A stretch of 63,625 nucleotides of DNA, counting the filler, from Chiloscyllium plagiosum (Eukaryota), in NCBI RefSeq assembly GCF_004010195.1. It is 4 parts of one record of this genome, joined end to end, with 100 filler letters (N's around TTAATTAATTAA, not from the genome) between each part and the next. Parts side by side here need not be neighbours in the genome. Positions count along the whole stretch, not along the records: positions 21,346 to 46,567 come from NC_057711.1; positions 46,668 to 60,756 come from NC_057711.1; 2 more parts are not named here. One strand, 5' to 3'. The notes beneath the pieces are model-generated. The model had not been told where the DNA came from, did no database searches, and saw only the letters and a program-made list of their open reading frames with translations. Numbering within the stretch: the stretch's first letter is position 1; each line of letters begins with the position of its first letter. Below, piece by piece: positions 38,546 to 50,501 of the stretch. A program made the translations under genes and the position numbers.

Positions 38546-38935
38546 CCCCCCCGGGGCCGGGGCCTCACCCTCTCCCGGAGCCTCCCCCCCCGGGGCCGGG
38601 GCCTCACCCTCTCCCGGAGCTCCCTCCGCCTCTCTCCCTCCGCGCGGCCCCGCTCCTGCTCGAACTCGAAGCGGGTGGTTTTGCTGAGAACCGCCACTCG
38701 GCCCGGCCGGAACGGTGCGGTCGCCCGGGACAGGGCCCGGCCCTTTCCCCGCAGGGACAGCGCAGCCGGCCCGCCCCAGCGGACTACACTCAGTGCCATG
38801 AGCCAGGCCGACAGCCGCCGCCTCAGCCCCGGACTCGAGACCGCGGTCGCCCCTTGCGCTAGGCCGAAGATCTCATCGCGCATGCGCCAGAACTGCCCCG
38901 CCCAGAGCACGCCGGGAAATGTAGTCTTCCCGCGG
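38546..38935 (-). promoter_or_regulatory. NADK2 CpG island and core promoter
   Basis: Very high GC and CpG content in an otherwise CpG-poor window; NRF1-type palindrome GCGCATGCGC 38878-38887; GC box CCCCGCCC 38896-38903; ZNF143/THAP11-type ACTACATTTCCC on the minus strand at 38914-38925. Confidence 0.8.
38608..38799 (-). CDS. NADK2: NADK2 (mitochondrial NAD kinase) exon 1 coding part, with a putative mitochondrial presequence
   Basis: ATG at 38799; MALSVVRWGGPAALSLRGKGRALSRATAPFRPGRVAVLSKTTRFEFEQERGRAEGERRRELRER then GTGAGG donor; FRPxRVxVxxKTTR(F/Y)EFEQ motif matches NADK2; GC-rich context; choice of start codon is inferred. Confidence 0.88.
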
Positions 38936-39365
38936 TTAAAGGTCACATGACACCAGGGTGTAGTCTGGATGTGGAGGGGCTGCTGTTGGACTAACATCAC
39001 ACAACACCAGGTTTAATTGGAAGCACTGGCCCTCTGAGCACTGCCCCTTCATCAGGTAGTTGTGGAGGACACAATTATAAGACAGAGAATTTAGAGCAAA
39101 TGTTTACAGTGTGATATAACAGGAGGTATACATTGAAAAATACCTTGATTGTTTGTTGAGTGTCATCTGTTAGAATGACCATGATAGTTTCTCTTCTTTC
39201 ATGTGTAAATCACAAAACCTTTTTTAAAAGTTACATTGTCAAGTGAACTTTAACAATTGGTGTCAGTCCAGATGATGTATTGGAGGTGTTAGCCCCACAT
39301 GTGCTGCTGACTGTGCCATAATGTTTAGACTGAATCTAATCTAAAAATTGAATTAACAGAATTAT
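38935..39365 (-). mobile_element. PLE family B terminal fragment abutting the NADK2 promoter
   Basis: CACACAACACCAGG..TTGGAAGCACT..CTTCATCAGG and AT-rich body shared with the 13511, 18461 and 62671 elements. Confidence 0.8.
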
Positions 39366-39765
39366 CAGATTATAGTCCAACAGTTAACAGTCACACAATA
39401 CCAGGTTATAGTCCAACAGTTAACAGTCACACAACACCAGGTTATAGTCCAACTGTCAAAGGTCACACAACACCAGGTTATAGTCCAACAGTTAACAGTC
39501 ACACAACACCAGGTTATAGTCCAGCTGTCAAAGGTCACACAACACCAGGTTATAGTCCAACTGTCAAAGGTCACACAACACCAGGTTATAGTCCAACTGT
39601 CAAAGGTCACACAACACCAGATTATAGTCCAACAGTTAACAGTCACAAAACACCAGATTATAGTCCAACAGTTAACAGTCACACAACACCAGGTTATAGT
39701 CCAACTGTCAAAGGTCACACAACACCAGGTTATAGTCCAACAGTTAACGGTCACACAACACCAGG
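39366..39765. repeat. 36-bp minisatellite, about 11 copies, two variants
   Basis: Unit CAGGTTATAGTCCAA(CAGTTAACA/CTGTCAAAG)GTCACACAACAC. Confidence 0.95.
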
Positions 39766-42700
39766 TGTCACAAAGCTAGTCCATTTTTTTACTAAAACCT
39801 GTTCCTTGGCTCAAGGAGACTCTGACCTTGATATTTATGGGACGGGCAATAAATCATGCCAGATTCTGATCAGTCTAGTTTGGTACAGAGATGAAAAGGA
39901 TTTTGAGAGGCCTTTTGTTTATATGTAAACAGATGAGACTTCAGGTTAAAGTGGTCATGTTTTAGAAGTGACCTGTATAATGAAAGTGGCGTGGTCAACT
40001 CTCTAGCTGAGCTGAACTGAGCACTTTTAGTTGAGTCTTGAACTGGGAAGTTCAACGGGGAGCTGTGTGGGAACTCTCTCTCTTTTCTGCCCTTCAACTT
40101 CAACCTGTAAGCATGTGTACCATTTATACTTGGACTTCGATGTTGTGGCCATTTCGGAGACATGGATACAGCAGGGTGAGGAATGGATGTTGTAGGTTCC
40201 AGGGTTTAGATCTTTCATTAAGAACAGGCAAGGCAGTAAAAAAGGGGGAGGTGTGGCCTTGTTAGTCAAGGATAGTTTAATGGTGGCTGAAAGAACTTTT
40301 GATGCATCTACAGAGTTCCAGGGAGGTGGAGGAGAGGATTGGCAAAATGATTCTGGGTAGAAGTGAAAGGAACAGGATGGTCATTAGGGGGACTTTAACT
40401 TCCTCAACATTGACTAGAAAGCTATAACTCTAGTACGTCAGATGGATCAGTTTTTGTCCAATGTGTACAGGAGGGTTTCCTGATGCAGTATGTCGAAGGG
40501 CCGACAAGAGGGGAGACCACACTGGATCTGGTGCTTGGTAATGAACTAGGCCAGATGTTTGATTTAGTTGTAGGTGAGCACTTTGGAGAGAGTGACCATA
40601 ATTTGGTTACGTTTAGTTTAGCGATGGAAAGGGATAGATACATGCCATAGGTCAAGAGTTATTGATGGGGCAAGGGCAATTATAATGTGATTAGGCAAGA
40701 ATTAGGATGCATAGAATGGGGTAGCAAAATGCAGGGGATGCAGACCATGGAAATGTGGAGCTGGTTCAAGGAACAGATATTGCGTGTCCTTGATAGGTGT
40801 GTCCCTGTCAGGCAAGGAGGAAGTGATAAGGTAAGGGAACCATGGTTTACTACAGAAATTGTATCTCTTGTTAAGCAGAAGAAAGAGGCTTATGTGTTGA
40901 TGAGACAAGATGGTACAGATGAGGCGATGGAGAGTTACAGATCAGCTAGGAAGGATTTAAAGAGAGAGTTAAGAAGAGCAAAGAGAGGACACGAGCAGTC
41001 TTTAGCAAATAGAATAAAGGAGAACCCTAAAGCTTTCTATAGGTATGTGAGGAATAAAAGGATGATTCGGGTAGGAATAGGGCCAATCAAAGACTGAAGT
41101 GGGAAGTTGCGTGTGGACCCTGTGGAGATCGGAGAGGTGCTCAACAAACATTTCTCATCAGTTTTCACTCCGGGAAAGGAGAATATTGGGGTCTAAATTA
41201 AAATGGTGCTGGAAAAGCACAGCAGGTCAGACAGCATCCGAGGAGCAGGAAAATCGACGTTTCAGGCATGAGCCCTTCATCAGAACTGAAGGCAGGGAGC
41301 CTCCAGGGTGGAGAGATAAATGGGAGGCGGGGGGGGCTGGGGAGAAGATAACAAAGAATACAATGGGTGGATGGAGGTGGGGATGAAGGTGATAGGTCAG
41401 AGAAGAGGGTGGAGCGGATAGGTGAGAATGTTCAGTACATGGTTGAAGAGCTTCAGGGCATATTGTAGAGGAGAAGAATGAGGTAAGAGATATTACATTA
41501 GGAAGGATCGAGTTTAGTTACAAAGACGTGTTATCACTTCTAGAAGGAGTGAAAGTAGACAAGTCCCCTGGGCCGGATGGGATTTATCCGAGGATTCTCT
41601 GGGAAGCTAGGGAGGAGATAATTGGGCCTTTGGCTGTAATATTTGAGTCGTCATTGTCTACAGGTTTAGTACCTGAGGACTGGAGGATTGTAAATGTTGT
41701 GCCCTTGTTCAAGAAGGACAGCAGAGATGGCCCATGTAATTATAGACCAGTGAGCCTTATTTCTGTTGTAGGAAAGGTTTTAGAAAGGATTATGAGAGAT
41801 AAGATTTATAATCATCTAGCAAGCAACAATTTGATTTCAGATAGTCAACATGGTTTTGTCAAGGGTAGGTCGTGCCTCACAAACCTCATTGAGCTTTTTG
41901 AGAAGGTGACCAAGCATGTAGATGAGGGTANNNNNNNNNNNNNNNNNNNNNNNNNTTTGCAGACGACACTAAAGTCAGTGGAGTAATGCACAGTTTGGAA
42001 GAATGTTACAGGTTGCAGGGGGACTTGGATAAACTGCAGAATTGGGCTGAGAGGTGGCAAATGGAGTTCAATGCAGCTAAATGTGAGGTGATGCACTTTG
42101 GGAAGAATAACAGGAAGGCAGAGTACTGGGTCGATGGAAAGATTCTTGGTAGTGTTGATGTGCTGAGGGATCTTGGAGTCCATGTGCATAGATCCCCGAA
42201 AGTTGTCACCCAGGTGGATAGTGCTGTTAAGAAGGCATACGGTGTGTTAGCTTTCATTCGTAGAGGGATTAAGCTCTGGAGCCACAATATCAAGGCCCTC
42301 AGCCTTTCCTCGTAAGACCTTCCCTCCATACCAGGCAACATCCTGGTAAATCTCCTCTGCACCCTTTCCAAAGCTTCCACATCCTTCTTATAATGCGGTG
42401 ACCAGAACTGTACACAACTATACACAACGCTGGTGCAGCCACACTTGGAATATTGTGTACAGTTCTGGTCCTCATATTTTGGGAAGGATGTGGAAGCATT
42501 GGAAAAGGTGCAGAGGAGATTTACCAGGATGTTGCCTGGTCTGGAGTGAAAGTCTAATGAGGAAAGGCTGAGAGACTTGGGTCGGTTCTCATTGGAGAGA
42601 AGAAGGCTAAGGGGGATTTAATAGAGACATACAAGACGATCAGAGGATTAGATAGGGTAGACAGTGAAAGTCTTTTACCTAGGATGATGATGTCAGCTTG

Positions 42701-45700
42701 TACGAGAGGGCATAGCTGAGGGGTGATAGATTTAAGACAGATGTCAGAGGCAGGTTCTTTACTCAGAGAGGGGTAAGGGCGTGGAATGCCCTGCCTGCTA
42801 ATGTAGTTAACTCAGCCACATTAGGGAGATTTAACCAATAGAACATAGAACATTCCAGCACAGTGCAGGCCCTCGATGTTGCGCCGTCCTGTCATACTAA
42901 TCTGATTCCTGAAGAAGGGCATATGCCTGAAACGTCGTTTCTCCTGCTCCTCGGATGCTGCCTGGCCTGCTGTGTTTTTCCAGCACCACATTTTCAACTC
43001 TGGTACTCCAGCATCTGCAGTCCTCACTTTCTCCTATACTAATCTGAAGCCCATCCCACCTATACTATTCCACGTATGTCCATATGCCTGTCCAATGACG
43101 ACTTAAATGCACTTAAACTTGGCAAATCTACTACCGTTGCAGGCAAAGCATTCCATACTCTTACTACTCTCTGAGTAAAGAAACTACCTCTGACACCTGT
43201 CTTATACCTATCTCCCCTCACTTTAAAGTTGTGTCCCCTCGTGTTTGCCATCCCCATACTTGGAAAAAGGCTCTCCCTGTCCACCCTATTGAACCCTCTG
43301 ATTATCTTATATGTCTCTATTAAGTCACCTCTCAACCTTCTTCTCTCTAACAAAAATAGCCTCAAGGCCCTCAGCCTTTCCTCGTAAGACCTTCCCTCCA
43401 TACCAGGCAACATCCTGGTAAATCTCCTCTGCACCCTTTCCAAAGCTTCCACATCCTCCTTATAATGCGGTGACCAGAACTGTACACAATACTCCAAGTG
43501 TGGCCGTACCAGAACTTTGTACAGCTGCAGCATAACCTCCTGATTCCAGAACTCAATCCCTCTATTAATAAAGGCCAAAACACTGTATGCCTCCTTAACA
43601 ACCCTTTCAATCTGGGTGGCAACTTTCAGGGATCTGTGTATATGGACACCGAGATCTCTCTGCTCATCTGCACTCCCAAGAATCTTACCATTACCATTAC
43701 ATGGATGATGATGGGATAGTGTAGGAGGATGGGCTTAGGTTAGTTCACAGGTCGGTGCAACATTGAGGGCCGAAGGGCCTGTTCTGCGCTGTATTGTTCT
43801 ATGTTCTATGTTCTAAAGGGAGTTTGCTTATTGGGACTGTTGTGTATATTCAGAACAGCATCATTAAGTCTAGTTTGGATAGGTTGAGTTCTGTAAGGGT
43901 TCTTTATTCTGTTCTTTGTGTTTCATTGTGTAACTTTGTGAATAAATGTGTTGTCTGTTTAAAAATCTCCTCGTCAACCTCGCTGTCTTACTCCAGGTAA
44001 TTTTCACTGTACACTTACTGAAACAAATTGCAAAGTTATGTCTAGGACTGCCTGCTTAAAATGTTTTGAGTGGTCTGGCCTAGTCTATAACAGATTGGGG
44101 GCTCTTTGCGGGATTTTAAACAGCGAGTGATAGGTGCTAGTGTCTTTATTTCGGGTGTTGGTTTGGTTGGATGGACAATGCTTGAGATAGGAATGGCTTT
44201 TTCAGTCGCCAAAAGTTTCTGGATGTAGATGCAGTGACTTTGGAAGTTTTGCAAGAATTAGCAGAGAAGCTGCAATTGGAACTGCCTGCTTCTGTGAAAA
44301 AAGGAGAGATATTTACAACAGTTGCTCAGCATTTAAACCGGTTGGAGAAACCATCCGAATCTATAGAGATGGCAAGAATTAAATTGCAAATGACGCAGCT
44401 TGAGTTAGAGGCAAGAGGTAAGGAAAGGGCAGCAGAAATGAAACGGTTTGAGTGATGATTAAAAGCAGAAGAGAGGAAAAAGAGAGAGCAGAGAAAGAAA
44501 AAGTGTTTGAACTTCAAAAACTGACACTTATAAAGGAAAGTCAGCATAAAAGGCTAGAGATAAAGGCTGAGGATAGGCTTAGTGAGAAGGAAAGTGAGGA
44601 TGAGCAAGCCCCTGGCAGTCAGTATCCTAGTGAGAAACTGTTTAAGTATGTTCAAGCATTGCCTCAATTAATGAGAAGGATGTGGAAGCCTTTTTCACCT
44701 CATTTGAAAAGGTGGCTAAACAAATGCAGCGGCCAGTGTCAATGTGGGTTTTGTTGATCCAAGCTAAACCTGTAGGTAGGCTGGTGAGGTATTCACATCC
44801 CTATCAGAGGAGGTATCTGGGGAGTATGAGGAGGTGAGAAAAGCCATTTTAAGTGCATATGAGCTTGTACCAGAAGCCAACAGACAAGGTTTCAGGAATC
44901 TAAGGAGGGACCCTGGTCAAACCTATCTTGAGTTTGAAAGGGTCAAACAGAGTAATTTCGATAGATGGAGAAGAGCTTTAAAAACTGAGCAAACCTATGA
45001 AGCCCTTAGAGAGGTAATTATTTTGGAGGAATTCAAAAATTCATTGCCTGAAGTAGTGCAAACACATGTGGAAGAGCAGAGAGTTAAAACAGCAAGGTTA
45101 GCCGCTGAAGGGCTGATGGTTATGAGCTGGTCCATAAAACACAGTTTGGCTTCCAGAATCAATCTCAGTCCATGAGGGATAGAAACGGGGGCAAAGAGAA
45201 ATCCTCACGTGGAAAGGGAAAGGTAGATCTCAGTGAAGATCATAAGGATAATTTACCACAGGGTAAAAAAGAAACCCTTGAGGGGGACAAAAAAATTAAA
45301 AAGCTCCAGTGTTTTCATTGTAATAAAGTGGGCCACATAAAGTCACAGTGTTGGTGGACTAGGAGATAGCAAGGTGTAGGGAAACCGGACAAGCCTGGAA
45401 GTTTTGTTGGACTAGTAACAAAAAGCACAAGGAAAGTTAGACACCTGCCTCAGAGTGTATAAGATGATCAGAGGTTGGTTAAGGAGGAAGTGCCAGATCT
45501 GCTTAAAAAATATATATGCAAGGATAAAGTTTATTCACATAGACCAGGAGCAGTAGGTAAGGAGGTTACAGTATAAAAGGACACAGGATCCTCTCCGTCT
45601 GTAATGCTGAAGGATGAGAAGCTATTCACTCCTGAGGGACTATTGCCAGAAAAGGCAATTCATGGTGAGACAAAAAGTGCTCAATTATGTAAAGTGAGGC

Positions 45701-46567
45701 TAGAGAGTCCAGAGAAGAGTGGAGAATGTGTGGTAGGAGTACTGGACAAACTCTCAGCTCCAGAAAACAATTTGTCCTTGCAAATCATATAGCTAATTCA
45801 CCAGCAGGTGTGCTGCCTACTCTAGTTGAAAAGCCAGTGGAGACGCAGACAACTGAAGCTCTGGAGAATGTTTATCCAGGAATTTTCCCTGATTGTGTGA
45901 TCACAGAGGCACAAGCTGAAGCAGGAGAGATCAAAAGGCCCAGATAAGGAAGCTCACATAGCTTTATCAGATAAGTGGGACAGAGCAGGAGCAAATAGGC
46001 AAACATGCCAGTATCTTTAGCTCTGCTAAGCTGATTGAATTACAGCAGAAAGATGAGGAGTTAAAACAGTTATATCAAAAGACATTTACTGAGAAAGAAA
46101 GTGAATGCATTCCTCTGTGTTATTACTTAACAAATGATGCCTTAATGAGGAAATGAAGACACATATTCAAGCAGATGAGAAATGGGCAGAGATTCATTAA
46201 ATTGTTTTGCCAGTAGGGTATAGAAAGGAGGTGCTGCGAGTGGTGCATGAGTTACCACTTGGATGTCATTTAGGGGTGAGGAGAACACAGGCTAAAATAC
46301 AAAGACATTGTTACTGGCCTGGACTACACAAAGATGGAGTTGAATTTTGCCAGACGTGTCATACATGTCAGCTAATCGGAAAACCACAGGCACTAATAAA
46401 ACCTGCACCTTTAATACCTATTCCAGCATTTGAGGAACATTTCACAAGAGTCTTGATTGATTGTGTAGGTCCCCTACCTCAAACAAAAAGTGGGAGTCAG
46501 TATTTATTAACAATAATGGACATGTCGACCAGATTTCCAGAGGCAATCCCATTACACAACATCACAG
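39766..46567 (+). mobile_element. Gmr1-like Gypsy LTR retrotransposon, 5' portion; LTR split by a CR1 nest
   Basis: LTR from TG (39766) to CA (44092); tRNA-Pro-like PBS TGGGGGCTC..CGGGAT at 44096-44114; gag with SCAN-like region AYELVPEA.RQ.FR..LEEF; CCHC knuckle CFHCNKVGHIKSQC; protease DTGS near 45580; then integrase HHCC and IDCVGPLP..TRFPEAIPL; the 5' LTR half is less certain. Confidence 0.88.
40135..43812 (+). mobile_element. CR1 nest (EN-RT on +, additional - strand 3' copies, PLE family A inserts at about 41195-41400 and 42906-43034)
   Basis: GDFNF, LDLVL, SDHN, KSPGPDG, NYRPVSL, QHGFVKGRSCLTNL, FADDTK; the 42906 insert has TSD ATACTAATCTGA. Confidence 0.9.
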
Positions 46568-46667
46568 NNNNNNNNNNNNNNNNNNNNNNNNNNNNNNNNN
46601 NNNNNNNNNNNTTAATTAATTAANNNNNNNNNNNNNNNNNNNNNNNNNNNNNNNNNNNNNNNNNNNN
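46568..46667. other. Artificial contig linker N44-TTAATTAATTAA-N44
   Basis: Same 100-nt structure; cuts the Gypsy integrase ORF. Confidence 0.95.
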
Positions 46668-47135
46668 GGATGGGGTTCCTGGGGGTTGTGGTGATGTCAT
46701 TTCCTGTTCATTTTCTGAGGGGTTGATAGATGGCATCTAGATCTATGTGTTTGTTTATGGCGTTGTGGTTGGAGTGCCAGGCCTCTAGGAATTCTCTGGC
46801 ATGTCTTTGCTTAGCCTGTCCCAGGATAGATGTGTTGTCCCAGTCAAAATGGTGGTTTTTTTCATCCGTGTGTAGGGCTACGAGGGAGAGAGGGCCGTGT
46901 CTTTTTTGTGGCTAGCTGATGTTCGTGTATCCTGGTGGCTAACTTTCTTCCTGTTTGTCCTACACGTTGTGTTTGTGGCAGTCCTTGCATGGAATTTTGT
47001 AGATGACATTGGTTTTGTCCATGGGTTGTACTGGGTTTTTTAAGTTTGTTAGTTTTTGTTTGAGTGTTGGTGGGTTTGTGTGCTACTAGGATTCCAAGGG
47101 GTCTTAGTAGTCTGGCTGTCATTTCTGAAACTATG
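46668..47135 (-). mobile_element. PLE (Poseidon-like) GIY-YIG fragment
   Basis: SEMTARLLRPLGILVAHKPT, VGQTGRKLATRIHEHQLA, REFLEAWHS. Confidence 0.88.
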
Positions 47136-47560
47136 GTCGTGCTTTTGTAACGCGGCCGAGAGTGAATTCCATCTACTCCGGGACTCTTCGATGAAGGTGT
47201 CGATCTTCGCGTCAAGTTTGGAAATTACTTCCACGCGGCTCGCCACCGTAGGTAAGTCCCCCGGGGCGGCTGCGGGCGCCTCTGCTGCAGTTTGGGGGTG
47301 GGGGAGGGGCTCCTGTGTGCTGAGAACTGCGGGCACCTTTCCCCTTGGTCATTTTTACAGGAGATTAGATTGCTTAAATTCTGTACTGAGCAACTAATTA
47401 CATTAAGCAAAACCTATTTTAAATGATTTGGTGAGTGTGGTGGGGGTGGGTGGCCCACTTTGCCCGAGTCTTGGGAGGAGCACTGTAGGCTCAGACCTGC
47501 TGGGTCGCCGCCATCTTGGATCCCCACAGTGCGACTTTCTACAGCACGAGGCCCCGAAGG
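47136..47560 (-). mobile_element. L1/Tx1-like 5' UTR and ORF1 N-terminus remnant
   Basis: CAAGATGGCGGC (YY1-type) motif on minus near 47506-47518, CpG-rich; coiled-coil-like VISKLDAKIDTFIEESRSRW. Confidence 0.5.
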
Positions 47561-48174
47561 ATCACTACAATTATACTGTCGCCAAACGACCAGTATTTTC
47601 TTTGCTTTTAGCAAGGTCGTACTTCACTGAAACAGAAGCACACAATGCTGCAGGTTTGGTTTTAACAACAAACAAGAATTTATTTTGCAAAAGAGAGGAA
47701 GATGAAATAGTAAAAATCAAAATATATACATTTAATACAGTTACAATTCCAAAATACATGGTAAAAATACAAAATAAAAATGAGAAAAACTGTGGATACT
47801 ACAATTCCATTATTTCCAAAAACACTTCCCGTTACAGTTCTCAAACACTTGAAAGAATTCCCTTCTCTATTCCATATTGGGGTTTTATTTGGCTGTTAAT
47901 TCAATTCCTGATTGTGAAAATCAGATCGATGCTTCCTTTGTTTATCATATAACTGAGCTCTGTCCTCTCAGATTCAAAAACCTCCTTTAGGATTTTAACC
48001 AAACACTTCTGGTCTGAAACCTTTAATTAAACTCCTAATTTTGAAGTAACAATTATAAAAATTCTAAATTAACTTTTCCCTTTCTCAGGAGCAACTGTTT
48101 TACAAGTCCAGCTTTAACTAGGAACCTTGCAGAACTGTCAACACCGAACTAGAAGCTTGTTTCCAAGCTATGGG

Positions 48175-48396
48175 CAGGAGAAAGTGAGGTCTGCAGATGC
48201 TGGAGATCAGAGCTGAAAATGTGTTGCTGGAGCAGCGCAGCAGGTCAGGCAGCATCCAGGGAACAGGAGAATCGACGTTTCGAGCATGAACCCTTCTTCA
48301 GGATTCCTGAAGAAGGGCTCATGCCCAAAACGTCGATTCTCCTGCTCCTTGGATGCTGCCTGACCTGCTGCGCTTTTCCAGCAACACATTTTCAGC
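48175..48396. mobile_element. PLE family A fold-back with TSD
   Basis: TSD TCCAAGCTATGGG at 48162-48174 and 48397-48409; apex CTTCAGGATTCCTGAAG. Confidence 0.9.
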
Positions 48397-49215
48397 TCCA
48401 AGCTATGGGTGTTTTGCCTAAACCCAAAAATGTCCAGAATTTTCAATCCAAAATCCTAACGAACTGTAATACTTACCTTGTTCACTCATAATCTCTCCCA
48501 GTGTAAAAACATTTCTATTAGCCTCTCAGACTGTTATTAAAAACAATACCATGGCTACAAAATACTTGGATGTTGAGAACTTAAATCCTTTCAGACACAA
48601 AGAAATTCCATATGTCTCCAGTTCAAATTCAAAAATTAAACTCTAAAGTATATTATATTAGAAAATATATAAATGACACATCTTACATCATAGTAAGTGG
48701 AGTTTACAAACAATCNNNNNNNNNNNNNNNNNNNNNNNNNNNNNNNNNNNNNNNNNNNNNNNNNNNNNNNNNNNNNNNNNNNNNNNNNNNNNNNNNNNNN
48801 NNNNNNNNNNNNNNNNNNNNNNNNNNNNNNNNNNNNNNNNNNNNNNNNNNNNNNNNNNNNNNNNNNNNNNNNNNNNNNNNNNNNNNNNNNNNNNNNNNNN
48901 NNNNNNNNNNNNNNNNNNNNNNNNNNNNNNNNNNNNNNNNNNNNNNNNNNNNNNNNNNNNNNNNNNNNNNNNNNNNNNNNNNNNNNNNNNNNNNNNNNNN
49001 NNNNNNNNNNNNNNNNNNNNNNNNNNNNNNNNNNNNNNNNNNNNNNNNNNNNNNNNNNNNNNNNNNNNNNNNNNNNNNNNNNNNNNNNNNNNNNNNNNNN
49101 NNNNNNNNNNNNNNNNNNNNNNNNNNNNNNNNNNNNNNNNNNNNNNNNNNNNNNNNNNNNNNNNNNNNNNNNNNNNNNNNNNNNNNNNNNNNNNNNNNNN
49201 NNNNNNNNNNNNNNN

Positions 49216-49675
49216 ATTGTTATGGAGCATATTCCCCTGGATTTTCTCACAAATATCACAAAACTGAGAATTTTTACAAGACATGGCAACCCTTTTTGAA
49301 ATATCTGGACACAGATTTATCTGCCACACTAACAAGGGCTTTTATATAGCCATAACGATTGTGTTTCATGAGTTCAATATCCAGGGAGGAGGAACTGTGA
49401 ATGTATGAGTGTTTTGTTTGGCTGGGCTGAGTTATTACTATTTATTTGTTTGTTGTTAGGTATTTATTTATTTAGTTAAATAGCTAGTTTAGGTTTTATC
49501 TTAATTTTATATTTCTCTATATATGTTCATACATTCATATAGGAGGGTGGGTTGGGGAATTTTGTTTTATTATTTGGGTTTAGTTTTGTACTATTTTTGA
49601 ATTGCATTGTTTTGTATTTGTTGTAATATTTAAAAATCTATTTTTTCTTAATAAACATATATTATATAAAAAAAG
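49216..49675 (+). mobile_element. L1-clade 3' end
   Basis: F.KTWQPFL.Y C-terminal motif, T-rich 3' UTR, AATAAA and A-rich tail. Confidence 0.65.
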
Positions 49676-50501
49676 ATGGCCCCTCAATGTGGCCTATCAA
49701 TGAGCTGTCCAACGACAAAGGGAGACAGAGACTGAAGTATTGAGAAAGTCAATTAATGAATCAGTGTCAGTGGAGGGAGGAGGGCTTTGCAGAGTTTAAC
49801 TGATGAGAAAATTAGCCAAGACACTGCAGCAAGCTGAAGGTATGGGAAGGCCAAGTGTTGACTCTGAAGGTGTTTCGAGATCAGTCAGAAGAAAGCTGGA
49901 AAAATGAATAACAGCTGAGCCAGAGCTTCTGTACGAAGACAAGGCGAGTGAGGCCTGAGTATCTGTAAGATTGTTGTTGGCATGTAAGGGCTGAATCTTT
50001 CTTCTGGATACTTGTAATGAGATCATTACAAATAGTTTATGTCTGGTGTAATGTAATTCTTGTTTTATTTCCTTAGTATAATAGACTTTTCTGTTCTTTT
50101 GCTGAAAGTACATTGGCAGCCTCTTGTGAATATGTTCGGTGAAGTGTTATAGCACAGAAGGTGGCCATTCAGCCCATAATGCCTGCACAGGCTCTCTAAA
50201 TGAGTGTATTTACCTAATGCTAATCTCCAGAGTTTATACACATCCCTGTACAGTATTTTTATCGAAATAATGCTCTCTTGAATCCTTGTCCCATATGGCC
50301 ATGAGCTGGGATTAATCTGTCTAGGCTCCAAGGTCTGAAAGTGACTCCCTGGGGGGGTATGTAGGGGTCATCATGTGAAGGCTGCGAGTCCAACAGAGTG
50401 TGCGACTCAGGCAACTTGAAAGACACCAGGGATTACATTACATCATTTCAATGGTTAGTGACAGTGAAGAAGGTTACCTCAGATTACACCAGGATCTGGA
50501 C

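Noticed and set aside
38257..38950. Pro-rich plus-strand ORFs over the CpG island
   Set aside because: Antisense to NADK2 exon 1, spanning an N gap; long open frames are expected in GC-rich DNA.
39365..39754. 129-aa Cys/Trp-rich repeat ORF (WTITWCCVT..)
   Set aside because: It is simply the translation of the minisatellite.
39366..39765. CRISPR-like regular 36-bp periodicity
   Set aside because: No unique spacers (only two recurring variants), no cas genes and a vertebrate context; it is a minisatellite.
48207..48491. Recurrent MCCWKSAAGQAAS.EQENRRF peptides on both strands as a small gene family
   Set aside because: They are translations of the non-coding family A fold-back; the symmetry explains why both strands give them.
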